This document shows positions 25,801-36,980 of a stretch of DNA of 64,000 bases, one piece after another. Both the position numbers and the translations under genes were made by a program. The stretch spans positions 434,001-498,000 of the forward strand of contig NC_047083.1 of NCBI RefSeq assembly GCF_902459465.1, given 5' to 3'. The notes below the pieces were generated by a model that worked only from the letters and a program-made list of their open reading frames with translations, was not told the origin of the DNA and did no database searches. This DNA comes from Asterias rubens (taxonomy: Eukaryota). Within the stretch, counting starts at the first letter, position 1. Each line of letters begins with the position of its first letter.

Positions 25801-27346
25801 CCATGTAAAAGAGTTTGAGGGCGCTGTTCTACTCCTGAGGAATCCATACAGCGCAATCGTTGCCGAGATTTTTAGACGTCTTATGATAGAGAAGAAGATC
25901 GCTCACGATGAAGCGATAAAGCAATTCCAGTCTGCAGGTAACGCACCCCCAAAGGAATTTTTCTCAAACCTCTTTAGTATACAAAACTACACAATCAAAA
26001 TTATTTTGTAAAACAAACTACTTTTAGAACTATTTTTATGTAAAGAAAAAACAACAGCACATGAAAAAAACAGGAAATTTTATGAATGGCATTATTTAGT
26101 TAGCTCATAGCAATATAAAAGGCTCCCATTTGGTATTGAAATTATCCAAGTTGTTACTTTGAACTCTTAAGATTTTTTTTAACATTACCCCCCCCCCCCA
26201 AAAAAAAAAACCCGAGGGTTTTTATGTCATTCATCCTCAGGCAAAATAATATGAAAATAGCAAAGAGCAGACCATTTCAGACCATACACTTTGGTCGTGT
26301 TGGCAAAATTAAAAACAATGTTCCGAGAATTAGTAACCTTCAGGTAAATCTTATCTAAGATAGCAAAGCTATAGTTTGAGTCGATTTTAATTCTGTAGAT
26401 CATTAATATAAAAACATTGGACACGATTGGTAACTATTGTTAAAGACCAGGCTTCTCATAAAAAAAAACCTGTGGAAATTTGAACTCGGTCGTCGAAGTA
26501 ACGAAATAATAATGGAAGAAAATAACACCCTTGTCACACGAAGTTGTGTGCTTTCGGGACCTCAAAATCAAAATCTGAGGTCTCGGAATCAAATCCGTTG
26601 AAAATTACTTTTTTCCCGAAAACTACGTTTCTTTAGAGCCGGTAGCCGTTTCTCACAATATGTTATACTATCAACAGCTCTCCCTTGCTTGTTACCAAGT
26701 AAGTGTTAATGCTAACAATTATTTTGAGTAACTACCAATCGTGTACAGTACATGCCTTTAAAGAGTTGAACCAAGGGTGCGTACCACTTGCGCAAACGTT
26801 TAGCAACCACAGGCGAACGTACAACTTAGGTGTTGGTGGTGGTTTTAAAATGGCGAATAAAGCCATGCACAAGTTTCAAATCCTAACTAGTCAAGTTATA
26901 GACAACACAGTATAGTCCCCAGTCTCTGATACTCGTTTTTGTATGGTCTTGTTACACTAGAATGGACGAAATTTGCCAAGGAGCAGACTGCACAATGGAA
27001 GACAATGGCATTACAGTGGATCACACACTCTAAGCGCATCCATGTAGCACATTACGAAGACCTACAGCAGCACACCAGCGAAGAACTCACAAAGATTGTG
27101 CAGTTCCTGAACGTCCCTGTGGATAAACAACGCGTGCTGTGCGCCGTACAAGAGCACCCATCTTCTAAAACCACTGGTATTGCTCTTGGTAACCATGGAT
27201 TGAAGACCCGTGTGTACCTGACTAAAGATCCATTCCCAAACGAAGTCAGGAAACTGATAGATGATAATATTAAAGAGGTGAATTCAACTCTTGTTAAATA
27301 TAACTTGACACCTTTCCCGATGGATTATTCGGTTAAGATTTTCTAA
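22835..27346 (+). CDS. WSCD: WSC-domain sulfotransferase, paralogue B; exons 22835-23072, 24140(or 24137)-24312, 25091-25268, 25434-25610, 25728-25937, 26961-27346
   Basis: Exon lengths 173/178/177/210/386 are identical to paralogue A. Motifs ALASYPRSGNTW, TICIKSH and LLLRNPYSAIVAE are intact. Confidence 0.92.
24411..24742. mobile_element. TA-flanked MITE (AGGCC...GGCCT); degenerate relative at about 21780-22100
   Basis: TA|AGGCCAGATAAAAA..GTTGATCGTCC ... GGATGATCAAC..TTTTTACTTGGCCT|TA. Absent from the homologous intron of paralogue C. Confidence 0.8.
24770..24910. repeat. 19-bp minisatellite GTAGTTTGGCTGGTACCTTG-type; diverged homologue at 32340-32460
   Basis: About 7 units, at the same intron position in paralogues B and C. 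Confidence 0.85.
26410..26761 (-). mobile_element. K1 MITE, reverse copy in WSCD-B intron 5
   Basis: K1 internal sequence ending GCCTTTAA. Paralogue C has the empty site (CATTAATCTAAAGAGCTGAACC, about 34684-34705). Confidence 0.85.
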
Positions 27347-27684
27347 AAGGCACTTTGTCAGCACACGCTGGCTTCATTTTAAACTGTTCATTGTCTTAGT
27401 TACATCGTCCACACTGATGGTCTGCTCATATGCAATGATATACCAAGCTGGACCATACCACACGTCCTGGAGGGGTGTCAATCAAACAGGGCATGTGGCT
27501 GGGATACATGGGAATGGAACCAAAAAACATGGTTTGTCGATTGTCAATGGTTCAGATGAAACTAAATTATAAAACTTCCTTAATTCGGAAAAGAAGCACA
27601 ACAAGAGAAAATAGAATTAGCTGTTGCAAACAACTTACTAACCAAAAGGACCGATGGTATAAATGCAAACAATAGTTAATGGCA

Positions 27685-27720
27685 TGACGTTTCGACCCTA
27701 GCAGAGTCTTTCTCGAAGGC
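27685..27720 (-). ncRNA. Penelope-type minimal hammerhead-like motif, second copy
   Basis: Minus strand GCCTTCGAGAAAGACTCTGCTAGGGTCGAAACGTCA. Stem II GACTCT/AGGGTC pairs fully if a G-U pair is allowed. Confidence 0.5.
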
Positions 27721-27902
27721 GATTTTCAAAGTGCATGTACATATTGGATATTGTGTTAGTAACTATTGGCCCTATCGCAAGTCGGGAGGTAGGCTGAGTA
27801 CATTGCCACGCCCTTAAAGAGCTTAGAGATTTAGAGAAAGATATAAATTAAATGGTATGCTAAACCACTGTTACGATCTTAGACAAATGGCTTGGCATGT
27901 AT

Positions 27903-28289
27903 TTAAAGGCAGTGGACACTATTGGTAATTACTAAAAATAATTATTAGCATAAAACCTTTCTTGGTGACGAGTAATGGGGAGAGGTTGATGGTATAAAAC
28001 ATTATGAGAAACGGCTCCCTCTGAAGTGAAATAGTTTTCGAGAAAGAAGTAATTTTCCATGAATTTGATTTCGAGACCTCAGATATAGAACTTGAGGTCT
28101 CGAAATCAATCATCTAAACGCACACAACTTCGTTTGACAAGGTTGTTTTTTTCTTTCATTATTATCTCGCAAGTTCTATGACCGATTGAGCTCAAATTTT
28201 CACAGGTTTTTTATTTTATGCATATGTTGAGATACACCAACTGTGAAGGCTAGTCTTTGACAATTACCAATATTGTCCACTGCCTTTAA
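27903..28289 (+). mobile_element. Complete K1 MITE (Kolobok-like, TTAA TSD)
   Basis: TTAA|AGGCAGTGGACACTATTGGTAATT ... AATTACCAATATTGTCCACTGCCT|TTAA (1 mismatch). Central perfect 15-bp stem GATTTCGAGACCTCA/TGAGGTCTCGAAATC. Confidence 0.92.
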
Positions 28290-28619
28290 ATAAGTCACAT
28301 AGAAGATGTACAAATTGTTGGAATAACAATGCCCAGAAATATTTTAGCAAATAGATGTTGTGTTGGGAAAAATTGGCTCTTAATTTGAAAGCAAAAAAAT
28401 CTGCAAAATAAAGCTTCTTTTTTGTGTCCTTTTATTTTGTTTTCTTCTTCTTCTTCATGATAACATGTTTTTATACAAAAGTAATCAAAGCATTCCCCGA
28501 GCTGTAAACCTACAACTTCAAGAATCAATTTCTTTTTTGTTATAGAACTCTAATATGAGAAACTTGAATGATCGTAGAAGTCCCTAGAAAATGTATAGCA
28601 GAATGTAAACCAAACACTA

Positions 28620-28661
<42 letters not shown>

Positions 28662-28996
28662 ACAAACATGTAATAAATAACTATGCAATTTTATTTTGTG
28701 TTATATCGATGGAAGATGACGTCCAGTTTGCACACATTCCATCACTTTCAGGAACTAGAAGATTACAGGACTCGGGAAAGTACTGAGTATACAGTGCTAA
28801 CACACATCGGTGTATGGGTAAAAACCAAAATTAATATTCTTTATCCCCGATGCAAATTTAACATCTATTAAACTAGAAGATTGTCTTTCACTACAGTTTA
28901 AATAAATTATATCTCACTGTTTTCTGAAACATTTGATTTTTGTTTTAATTAATGTAAGATAAATATTTTGGAATTGATTTTTACAACGTATGGTTA

Positions 28997-29011
28997 CCAC
29001 TAGAGGGCGCT
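28997..29011 (+). promoter_or_regulatory. CTCF-type motif between WSCD-B and WSCD-C
   Basis: CCACTAGAGGGCGCT matches the CTCF core consensus CCACYAGRKGGCRSY. Binding is not shown. Confidence 0.5.
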
Positions 29012-30439
29012 TAGTTTACATACTAAGAAAATAATAAATTCCGCGTATCCTGCATGTCCATACACAGCTATTAGTCTGGGCTGTTATGTATGGATTTCAA
29101 AACGGCCGCAATTGTTTACTTAGTTTATTGAGTAACATGAGTTGTGAATGTCACATGAAGTTCACTTTGGTGGCGATACCCCCCAATTACAATGCTAATG
29201 AGTTCAAAAGCACCAATTAAAACTTTTTTTAAGTAATGGATAGCAGCCATCGTGGATTTCAAAATGGCCGCTTTTTAAAACTTGGTCTCCTGAGTAACAT
29301 GAGTTGTGAATGTCACATGAAGTTCATTTAGTTGGTGGATACCCACTTTGTAACACCAATTAACTTAAACCTGAAGCTTTCTCTAGTTTTGCAAATGGAA
29401 TAACCTTCTTAGGATACATAATGTGCCAGCAGACTTGACTAGACTTTACTTTAGCAGACTGTTCGAACCCACAACATTGTGATTGCAAGTCCTGCAATTT
29501 AACCACTTGGCAACAGTGACAGGGGTATTCCCCGATACGGCATAGGGCCTACTTCGAACAAAAACATATAATAAACCTTTATTTATGGCTGACTGCAAGG
29601 GCCTTTTACGTTACCATGCCAACGGAGGGAAATAAAACGATTTATTATCCCTCGGATTGAAACACAGCCGTATAGATGAAATAACCCAGCAGGAGAGCAA
29701 GTCACACGCGTTGGGCTAAACAGAGTGTTGCCGAAGCGACAGGTTAAACTCTTCAGTACTCTGGTTTGATACGTTGTTGATGTAGCTACATCAGAAGGAC
29801 GAGTTGTCTCCCCTAGCTGAGTTTGTGTCAATACAGCAGGACGAGTTGTGTCACATCTCACCCAAAGATGCCAGCAACATGCCCTACACTATTTTAGAAT
29901 GAACCAAGATCATAATATTGTGGTATTTGTTTCCGCTGTTTTGTGAGTGAAGACCTTTCTTTTGAAACGCCACAGCCAGAGTTTTTGCCAACCCATGGTT
30001 GGAAAACTATGGAAAACCATAAATGCAAATCAAAATAAGATCGTTACCGTTTGTAAATATGTTACCAAATTATTCAAAAATTGTGTTGATTTTGTTGGAA
30101 AAAAACCCAACTAATTACGAGAGGTATTTTATTTAATGAAAATTTGCAGAAAATGTTGAATTTGGTTAAAACATCTGTTTATACGATTGAGTGTTTTACT
30201 GACCAAGGCGGTTTGTTTGCCAAAGAAAGGTGTATAGCAACCTCTCGATGAACGACCTTAGTAGTACGTGTACCATGGTGGTGTACACCGCTCCATCAAT
30301 GTATGGATGTTTAACGTCTCTTACGTAACTACTACACAAAAACTGTATTGTTGAAGATGTCACGCTTCGGTACCCACTAAGCAGTCTAGAAGACTGGTAA
30401 AATTACAAATATTCTTTGGCTTACTATCACACGTACACC

Positions 30440-33400
30440 ATGGCATTGTGTTGTACGTATAAAACATCATGGAAGTTTCTACAATTGCCATTTAGACTAT
30501 TAGTGTCATTGGTGTTAGTTGTGCTGATAGTAGGAGGTTATTATATCGCGCAAATTAGTTGGAATAGAGCTGAGAAGGGTACGCAAGATGAAGATGGCGA
30601 CGGACGACATGGTCAGGTACCAGAGTCTCCTCGGCGTCCAGCTATTCTTCCTTACACTAAGGAGAAGTTTGTTCCTGGTAAGTCCCGATGCAACCATGGA
30701 TACCTATTCATTGGTTTTATACTCACTTTTTATTTTGCAACTTTGTACAACTTTTCCAATTATTATTTCTTACATCAAAAAAATCTCAAAACGCTGTACA
30801 TATTTTTTACATATTATTGTAATCATTAAGCTAAAACAGATAAGCAAAATACAGCAAGATTACATTGGACAATAAGAATGACAACAATACAAACAATGAG
30901 ATAAACCAATAAGAGACAATCAACAATATATCACACCACTAGAAAAAGCAATAAATAAAATGTTAAAAGGATACAAAGATTCAAAGATAATGTCTTATAA
31001 AAAGAAATGTTTTGAGATGAGTTTTAAAAATACCAAAGTTGGATGATTGTCCTCAAATGAGTCCTGAATACCCTGAATATTGTCCCTTTTATTTAATTTA
31101 TTCATTTTGTTTGAATTCTTCGAGCAATGCAAATAAAACAAGCACATGCCGTCTTGGGAGGGGCAACAGTAAAAAAAAGAGAAAAGAAAAAAAATGTAAT
31201 TAAAAAGATTTGCTCTCCCAGATCTAGCTCATAAAAAGGTTAAAATAGATTTACTATATTAAGACACTCTAATAGGAGACTTTCCAACGCTAGGCGGCAG
31301 CAGACATACCGGGTAAATTCCCATTGTTTACATAGTTCTGAACATGCGCATAATTCTGAGAACAATGGATTTACCCGGTAAGTCTGCTGCCCTCTATCGT
31401 CCCAGAAAGTCTCCCATTGAAACGGAAGATGGCAAGTAAATGCAATACACACACGATATATAGAAGAACCACCATTTTTCATTATTGGTGTATTCTTTGA
31501 AAACATGGCGACCAGAGGTCATAATTACACTTAAATATACACTGATTCAAAATTAGCAGAACAAAAAAACTACACTAGGAACGTGATCAGTATAATTACT
31601 CTAGGCCACATACCTTTAAATAATATAATGAGCATATTATGATTTGTACTTAATTACTTGTATTAATCTGTTATTAATTAATTTATATCAAAATACATGT
31701 ATAAACATTATTACAAACCACTCATACAATTAAAATGACACTTTATTACTATATTTGTAAATGCGAATACACACATCTGTAGATACCTCGTCTTTCATTG
31801 TCAAATCTCCATTCTGTGGCAGCACTTAATAAAACATGGATGACATGGACTACCTTCGACAGCCCAGGCATGTACCGCGCATGCGTTCCAAGACCTAAAG
31901 ATGTCCTTACAGTGCATGATATTGTGACGGCTGGATTGGCGAAAGAGTCGACGAACATGACTATTGGACTGTGCCTAAAAACATGCATCTCGCTTGTAAG
32001 TTGTAAACAAATATAATTCAACAGTTTTTTCTTTATGATTTATTTTAAAATGATAAAAGGCACTGGTCTAGACTTGCGGACAAGTCGTTTATGGTCCCAC
32101 GCGGTGAGATAGTCGAGTTGCAGCGGTGCTCTAGCTCCCCGCGCGAACTGCTGTTGCGCGACTACTGCGCGCTGCTCGACTTCACTCCATGGGGAGTAGA
32201 AGTCGGCAACCAGCAGTTCGCGCGAGAGCAGTGACAACTCGACTATCTCACCACGTGGGGCCATTAACGACTTGTCCACAAGTCTACACTGGGACACATT
32301 CAGCTATTTTGTCACTGGTAATTTGGCTCATAAAGAACTGGGTAGTTTGGCTGGTAAAGAAATTGGTAGTTTTTTGTAGTTTGGCTGTTAACTTGCTATA
32401 GTCTGGCTGTTCACTTGCTAGTTAGTTTGGCTGTTAACTTGGTACTTCGGCTGGTAACTTTTTCCTTCCATATTTTCTTACGAAAAGAAAAAAACAGTAT
32501 GGCCCCTCATTATGTTTCGTGTTGTATACAGTAGTAAAAGCATACAGGGAACTAAACGGTTGCCACGATTTAATCCTCAAAATGATTATCTATTGTTTTA
32601 TCAATAATGCAGCGTCTCACATATGCCGCCCTCAGTCGGGGAAGTCAGTGTTTCTGTAGTGACGTCAAAGCCGAACCAGTTTTGTTGAACTACATGGAGA
32701 GCGCCCTCTGCGATAAACCATGCTCAGGTGACCCGAAGTACAACTGTGGAGGGATGGAGTTTATGTCTTTATACCGGACATCAGTTCCAGGTGGGTGTGG
32801 TTTCTTGTTTTTTTCCCTTCCCCAAACTTCAGTTGAAGTCATATTATTATTTAAATTACCTCTTTCTGAAGTTATTATATTTGGTTTGCGGTAACACCAT
32901 GTGTGTATCTACTTGCCAGGTTCTTATTTAGACAGTGACCGTCTTTATGTATTCTACTACCGCGGAGTCGGATTGTTCGGGAGACATCTCAGTTCTGAGA
33001 AGAACTGTCCTGCTTCTTAATAAACTACTACCTGTACACAAGTTGAAATATAGAAAATCGGCTGGGACTACTACATTGTATAGCTTTATGGGATCATAAT
33101 TAACTGCACTACCTCGAACTCTTGAATTGGTCTCTATCAACCAGCTCTCCATTGCTCGTTATGCCAACCATTATTTTAATAAATTAACAATAGTGTCCAG
33201 TGGCTTTAAAATAGTTTTGATTTGTTGATATTTTGTAGATCTTCGATGTTCAAATGTGGAGCTGAAAGCTAAGAACAGTCTACCGTTGATCGCTTTGGCG
33301 AGCTACCCTCGATCTGGGAACACATGGACCCGTTCGCTCATAGAGAAAGGAACAGGAATACCGACTGGAAGTGTCTACTGGGAGTACGAGAGTAAACTCC

Positions 33401-35487
33401 GAATCGCCAAGAAACGTACATTCTTTTGTTCTCTCTTGTATTTTTTAAGATTCAAGATTCAAGATTTTTCTGATGATGGCGTCACGTGAAATGGGTCAAT
33501 ACGTTCATTTGCCAGTCCTGTACGTCACGCATGAAATTCCGTTAATACATCATCGGTTTTGCATCAAGATGGCAGCCGAATAAAGTCAAATCATACGTTA
33601 TTGAATCTAATCGTTTATAATACGTGACCAATCGTATATATTTGTGGTTACTCTTACAGTCTTCATTGGTGGGAACATTGACTACAAAACGAAGCAGACA
33701 ATTTGCATCAAATCTCACCTGAGTGACACTAGCCATGTTGAAGAGTTTGAGGGCGCTGTTCTACTCCTGAGGAATCCATACAGCGCAATCGTTGCCAGAC
33801 GTCTCATGAAAGGAAAAATGGCTCACGATGAAGCGATAAAACAGTTCCAGACTCCAGGTAACGCCCGAGAATTTTACTCAAACTTCTTAAGGAAACAAAA
33901 CGTCACATTAAAAAGTATTTGTAAAACCAACTATACTATAAAGCCATGGTACACTTTCGGTAAACAGTATTATCCAAGGCCCACACTTCGTGTATATATA
34001 ACATAACAAACCTGTGAAAATTTAGGCTCAATCCGTCATCGGAGTCGGGAGAAAATAACGAGAGAACCCACCCTTGTTTCCGCACGTTTCGCCGTGTCAT
34101 GACATGTGTTTACTATAATCCGTAATTCTCGATATCGAGAATTGATATTGTTTTATTGTTTTCTCAACAAGTAAAGCATTTCATGGAATAATATTTCAAG
34201 AAAAGTTTTTCACCACTACCTTCTGTAAACCCTGTAAGTTATTTGTAAATCTGCGAACTTTTATTTTTGTTCTGTTCCGAAAGTGTCCAATGGCTTATAA
34301 GCACTATACAATGTATTATGTAAAGAACAAAAGAACAAACAGCAAAATGGCAACAGGAAATTGTGTGAATCGCATTGGATTTGTCCATAGCAACAAAATG
34401 GCTCCCATTTCGTATTGAATTTATGTAAGTTTTTACAAAAATAAAAGTTTCTTTTTTAATAAGAATAAACGAGGACTTCCTGTCATTTAACTTCATGCGA
34501 TATTGAACACGGCAAAGAATGAGAGGTAAATTAAGAGCAGACCATTTTCTATTAAGGACTCCAAGTAGCTTGGTTGTGTTGTCAAAATTAAAAACAATGT
34601 TCAGAGAATGAATTACCTATGTACAGGTAAATCTTATCTAAGATAGCTAACCTATAGTTTGAGTCGATTTTTATTCTTTACTTCATTAATCTAAAGAGCT
34701 GAACCAAGGGTGCGTACCACTTGCGCACACGTTGCCAATGATTGCGCATGTCGCCAACAATTTCGAAATGAACTGGTTGTGCGCCACCACCGTTGGCTAA
34801 AGTTAACAACCACAGGCGAACGTACTTCTGGGTTGTTGGTAGGTGATTTTAAAATGGCGAATAAAGCCATGCAAAAGTTTCAAATTCCTACTTAGGCCGT
34901 GTCCGAATTGGTGGCTACGGCTGCGGCTACGACCAGGGGTGTTGCTAAGGGCGTCCTATACTTCAATGCATGATGACGCGGCGATCCAGCCGTAGCCGTA
35001 GCCGCCAATTCGGATCCGGCCTTACATGTAATCAAGTTATAGACAACACAGTATGATCCCTAGTCTCTGTCACTCATTTTTGTATGGTCTTGTTACACTA
35101 GAATGGACGAAATTTGCCAAGGAGCAGACTGCACAATGGAAGACCATGGCATTACAGTGGATCACACACTCTAAGCGCATCCATGTGGCACATTACGAAG
35201 ACCTACAGCAGCACACCAGCGAAGAACTCACAAAGATTGTGCAGTTCCTGAACGTCCCTGTGGATAAACAACGGGTGTTGTGCGCCGTACAAGAGAACCC
35301 GCCTCATAAAGCCACTGGTATTGTTATTGGTGACCATGGACGAAAGACCCGCGAGTATCTGACTGACGATCCATTCCCAAACGATGTCCGCAAACTGATA
35401 GATGATAATATTAAAGAGGTGAATTCAACTCTTGTTAAATATAACTTGGCACCTTTCCCGATGGATTATTCGGTTAAGATTTTCTAA
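30440..35487 (+). CDS. WSCD: WSC-domain sulfotransferase, paralogue C; exons 30440-30677, 31823-31995, 32613-32790, 33239-33415, 33660-33857, 35102-35487
   Basis: Same exon phases. Lengths 173/178/177/198/386, so exon 5 is 12 nt shorter, in frame. 5'-PSB and KSH motifs are intact. Confidence 0.9.
32069..32286. mobile_element. GC-rich foldback MITE, hAT-like
   Basis: TAGACTTG...CAAGTCTA termini with about 55-bp inverted arms plus inner arms. Flanking 8-mers CACTGGTC / CACTGGGA (6/8 match). Paralogue B has a single AACTGGGA at the homologous site. Confidence 0.75.
33937..34299. mobile_element. MITE with AAGCCAT..ACACTTTCGG / CCGAAAGTGT..ATGGCTT termini in WSCD-C intron 5
   Basis: Terminal inverted repeat seen directly. 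Absent from paralogue B intron 5. Confidence 0.75.
34895..35021. mobile_element. PIF/Harbinger (Tourist)-like MITE with TTA TSD
   Basis: TTA|GGCCGTGTCCGAATTGGTGGCTACGGCT...AGCCGTAGCCGCCAATTCGGATCCGGCC|TTA. Absent in paralogue B. Confidence 0.8.
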
Positions 35488-35660
35488 AAGGCACTTTGTC
35501 AGCACACGCTGGCTTCATTTTAAACTGTTCATTGTCTTAGTTACATCGTCCACACTGATGGTCTGCTCATATGCAATGATATCCCAAGCTGGACCATACC
35601 ACGCGTCCTGGAGGGGTGTCAATCAAACAGGGAATGTGGCTGGGATACATGTGAATAAAC

Positions 35661-35691
<31 letters not shown>
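35661..35691. repeat. (TTGA)n microsatellite
   Basis: Seen directly. Confidence 0.95.
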
Positions 35692-35693
<2 letters not shown>

Positions 35694-35699
35694 GAATGG

Positions 35700-36217
35700 C
35701 AATTTTATCCTCAATGTGTCCCCTAGATTGAGGCAATGATTGATGCTTGGTTTCGTATCAAAGACTTTTGAACAGAGGAGGTATTTCTTTTTAGCCTGCA
35801 ATATGTATAAATGTGTTAATGGTTTAGCCCCAGAAAAACTTTTAAATAACACTGAGATGTACTTTGATAGGCATGGGTTCATTCATAGAAATGCTGATTC
35901 TCACCCTCAGCCTAACATCGAATGTTTCAAGCAATCTTTTAATTATTCTTGTGCTCATAAGTGCTGTTATATGGAACAAGTTACCTACTGAGGCCCAAAA
36001 TGCATCGTCTATTAGTGCTTTTAAAAATATGTATAAACAAATCAATTTGTATATATATTTTAATCCTCATGTTGTTCTGGTTTGTATAATGTTAATTTTT
36101 TTTGACTACTTTTTAAGTGGTGTTTTCCTTTTTTTTGTTATAACACAGAATCATAATGCAATACCGAATTTTGTATCCTGTATAAAGATTTTTTAATAAA
36201 TAAGTAAATAAATAAAT
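35700..36217 (+). mobile_element. 5'-truncated, frameshifted LINE (L2/CR1-group) 3' end
   Basis: Two frames give EQRRYF..MYKCVNGLAPEKL..PQPNIECFKQSFNYS and WNKLPTEAQNASSISAFK, the typical ORF2 C-terminal pattern (MYK..N.LAP..L; K.SF.Y; WN.LP; S...FK), followed by an (AAAT)n tail. Confidence 0.7.
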
Positions 36218-36779
36218 CACTCAATCCTCGGTGAGAATTTAGTCAATATCAGGGCCCATCGTGGCTCTGCTTTCCGTAAGCCCAGAACCGGTGCTTACGG
36301 AAGCAAGGAGTTCTGTGCTTACGGCAAGCGTGTTAGCGGCGAATATTGGCTTCTGCACGTGCGTACTCCACGTTACTAGGCATTCTACGCTAATACAAGG
36401 CTAGGGCAGAAATTCGGCGCTTGCACGTAAGCGGGAAATCGTGATCGTCAAGCCCAGATTTGTTCGGTAACCCTGGTTTACTATATTGAAACCTTTTGAA
36501 TAATACAATATTCCCATATAAGGCATAGGGCCGTCTGTTGCCATGAAAACAAAACACTCTATTATATATTATGTGGTGATGGCTGATTGCAAGCGCCTTT
36601 TACGTTACCATGCCAACGGAGGGAAATAAAACGATTTATTATCCCTGGGATTGGAGCCATCAGGCCGTAGATGAAATTACCCATCAGCAGAGAAGCATGC
36701 CACACGCATTGAGCTAAAGAGAGTGTCGCCGACGGGAAAGGTTGAACGTTGTAGTGGCTGGTTTGATACCCTCGCAGCG

Positions 36780-36980
36780 AGTTGATGTTACTACATCAGA
36801 AAGACGAGTTGTCTCTACAGCATCATGTGGACGAGTTGTCTACCCATACTGAGTTGATGTTACTACATCAGAAAGACGAGTTGTCTCCTCACACTAAGCT
36901 GATGTCACTACAGCATCATGAGGACGAGTTGTCTACTCACACTGAGTTGATGTCACTACATCAGAAGGATGAGTTGTCTA
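36780..36980. repeat. Composite repeat GAGTTGATGTTACTACATCAGAAAGACGAGTTGTC; shorter homologue at about 29775-29855
   Basis: Four to five related units seen directly. Confidence 0.8.
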
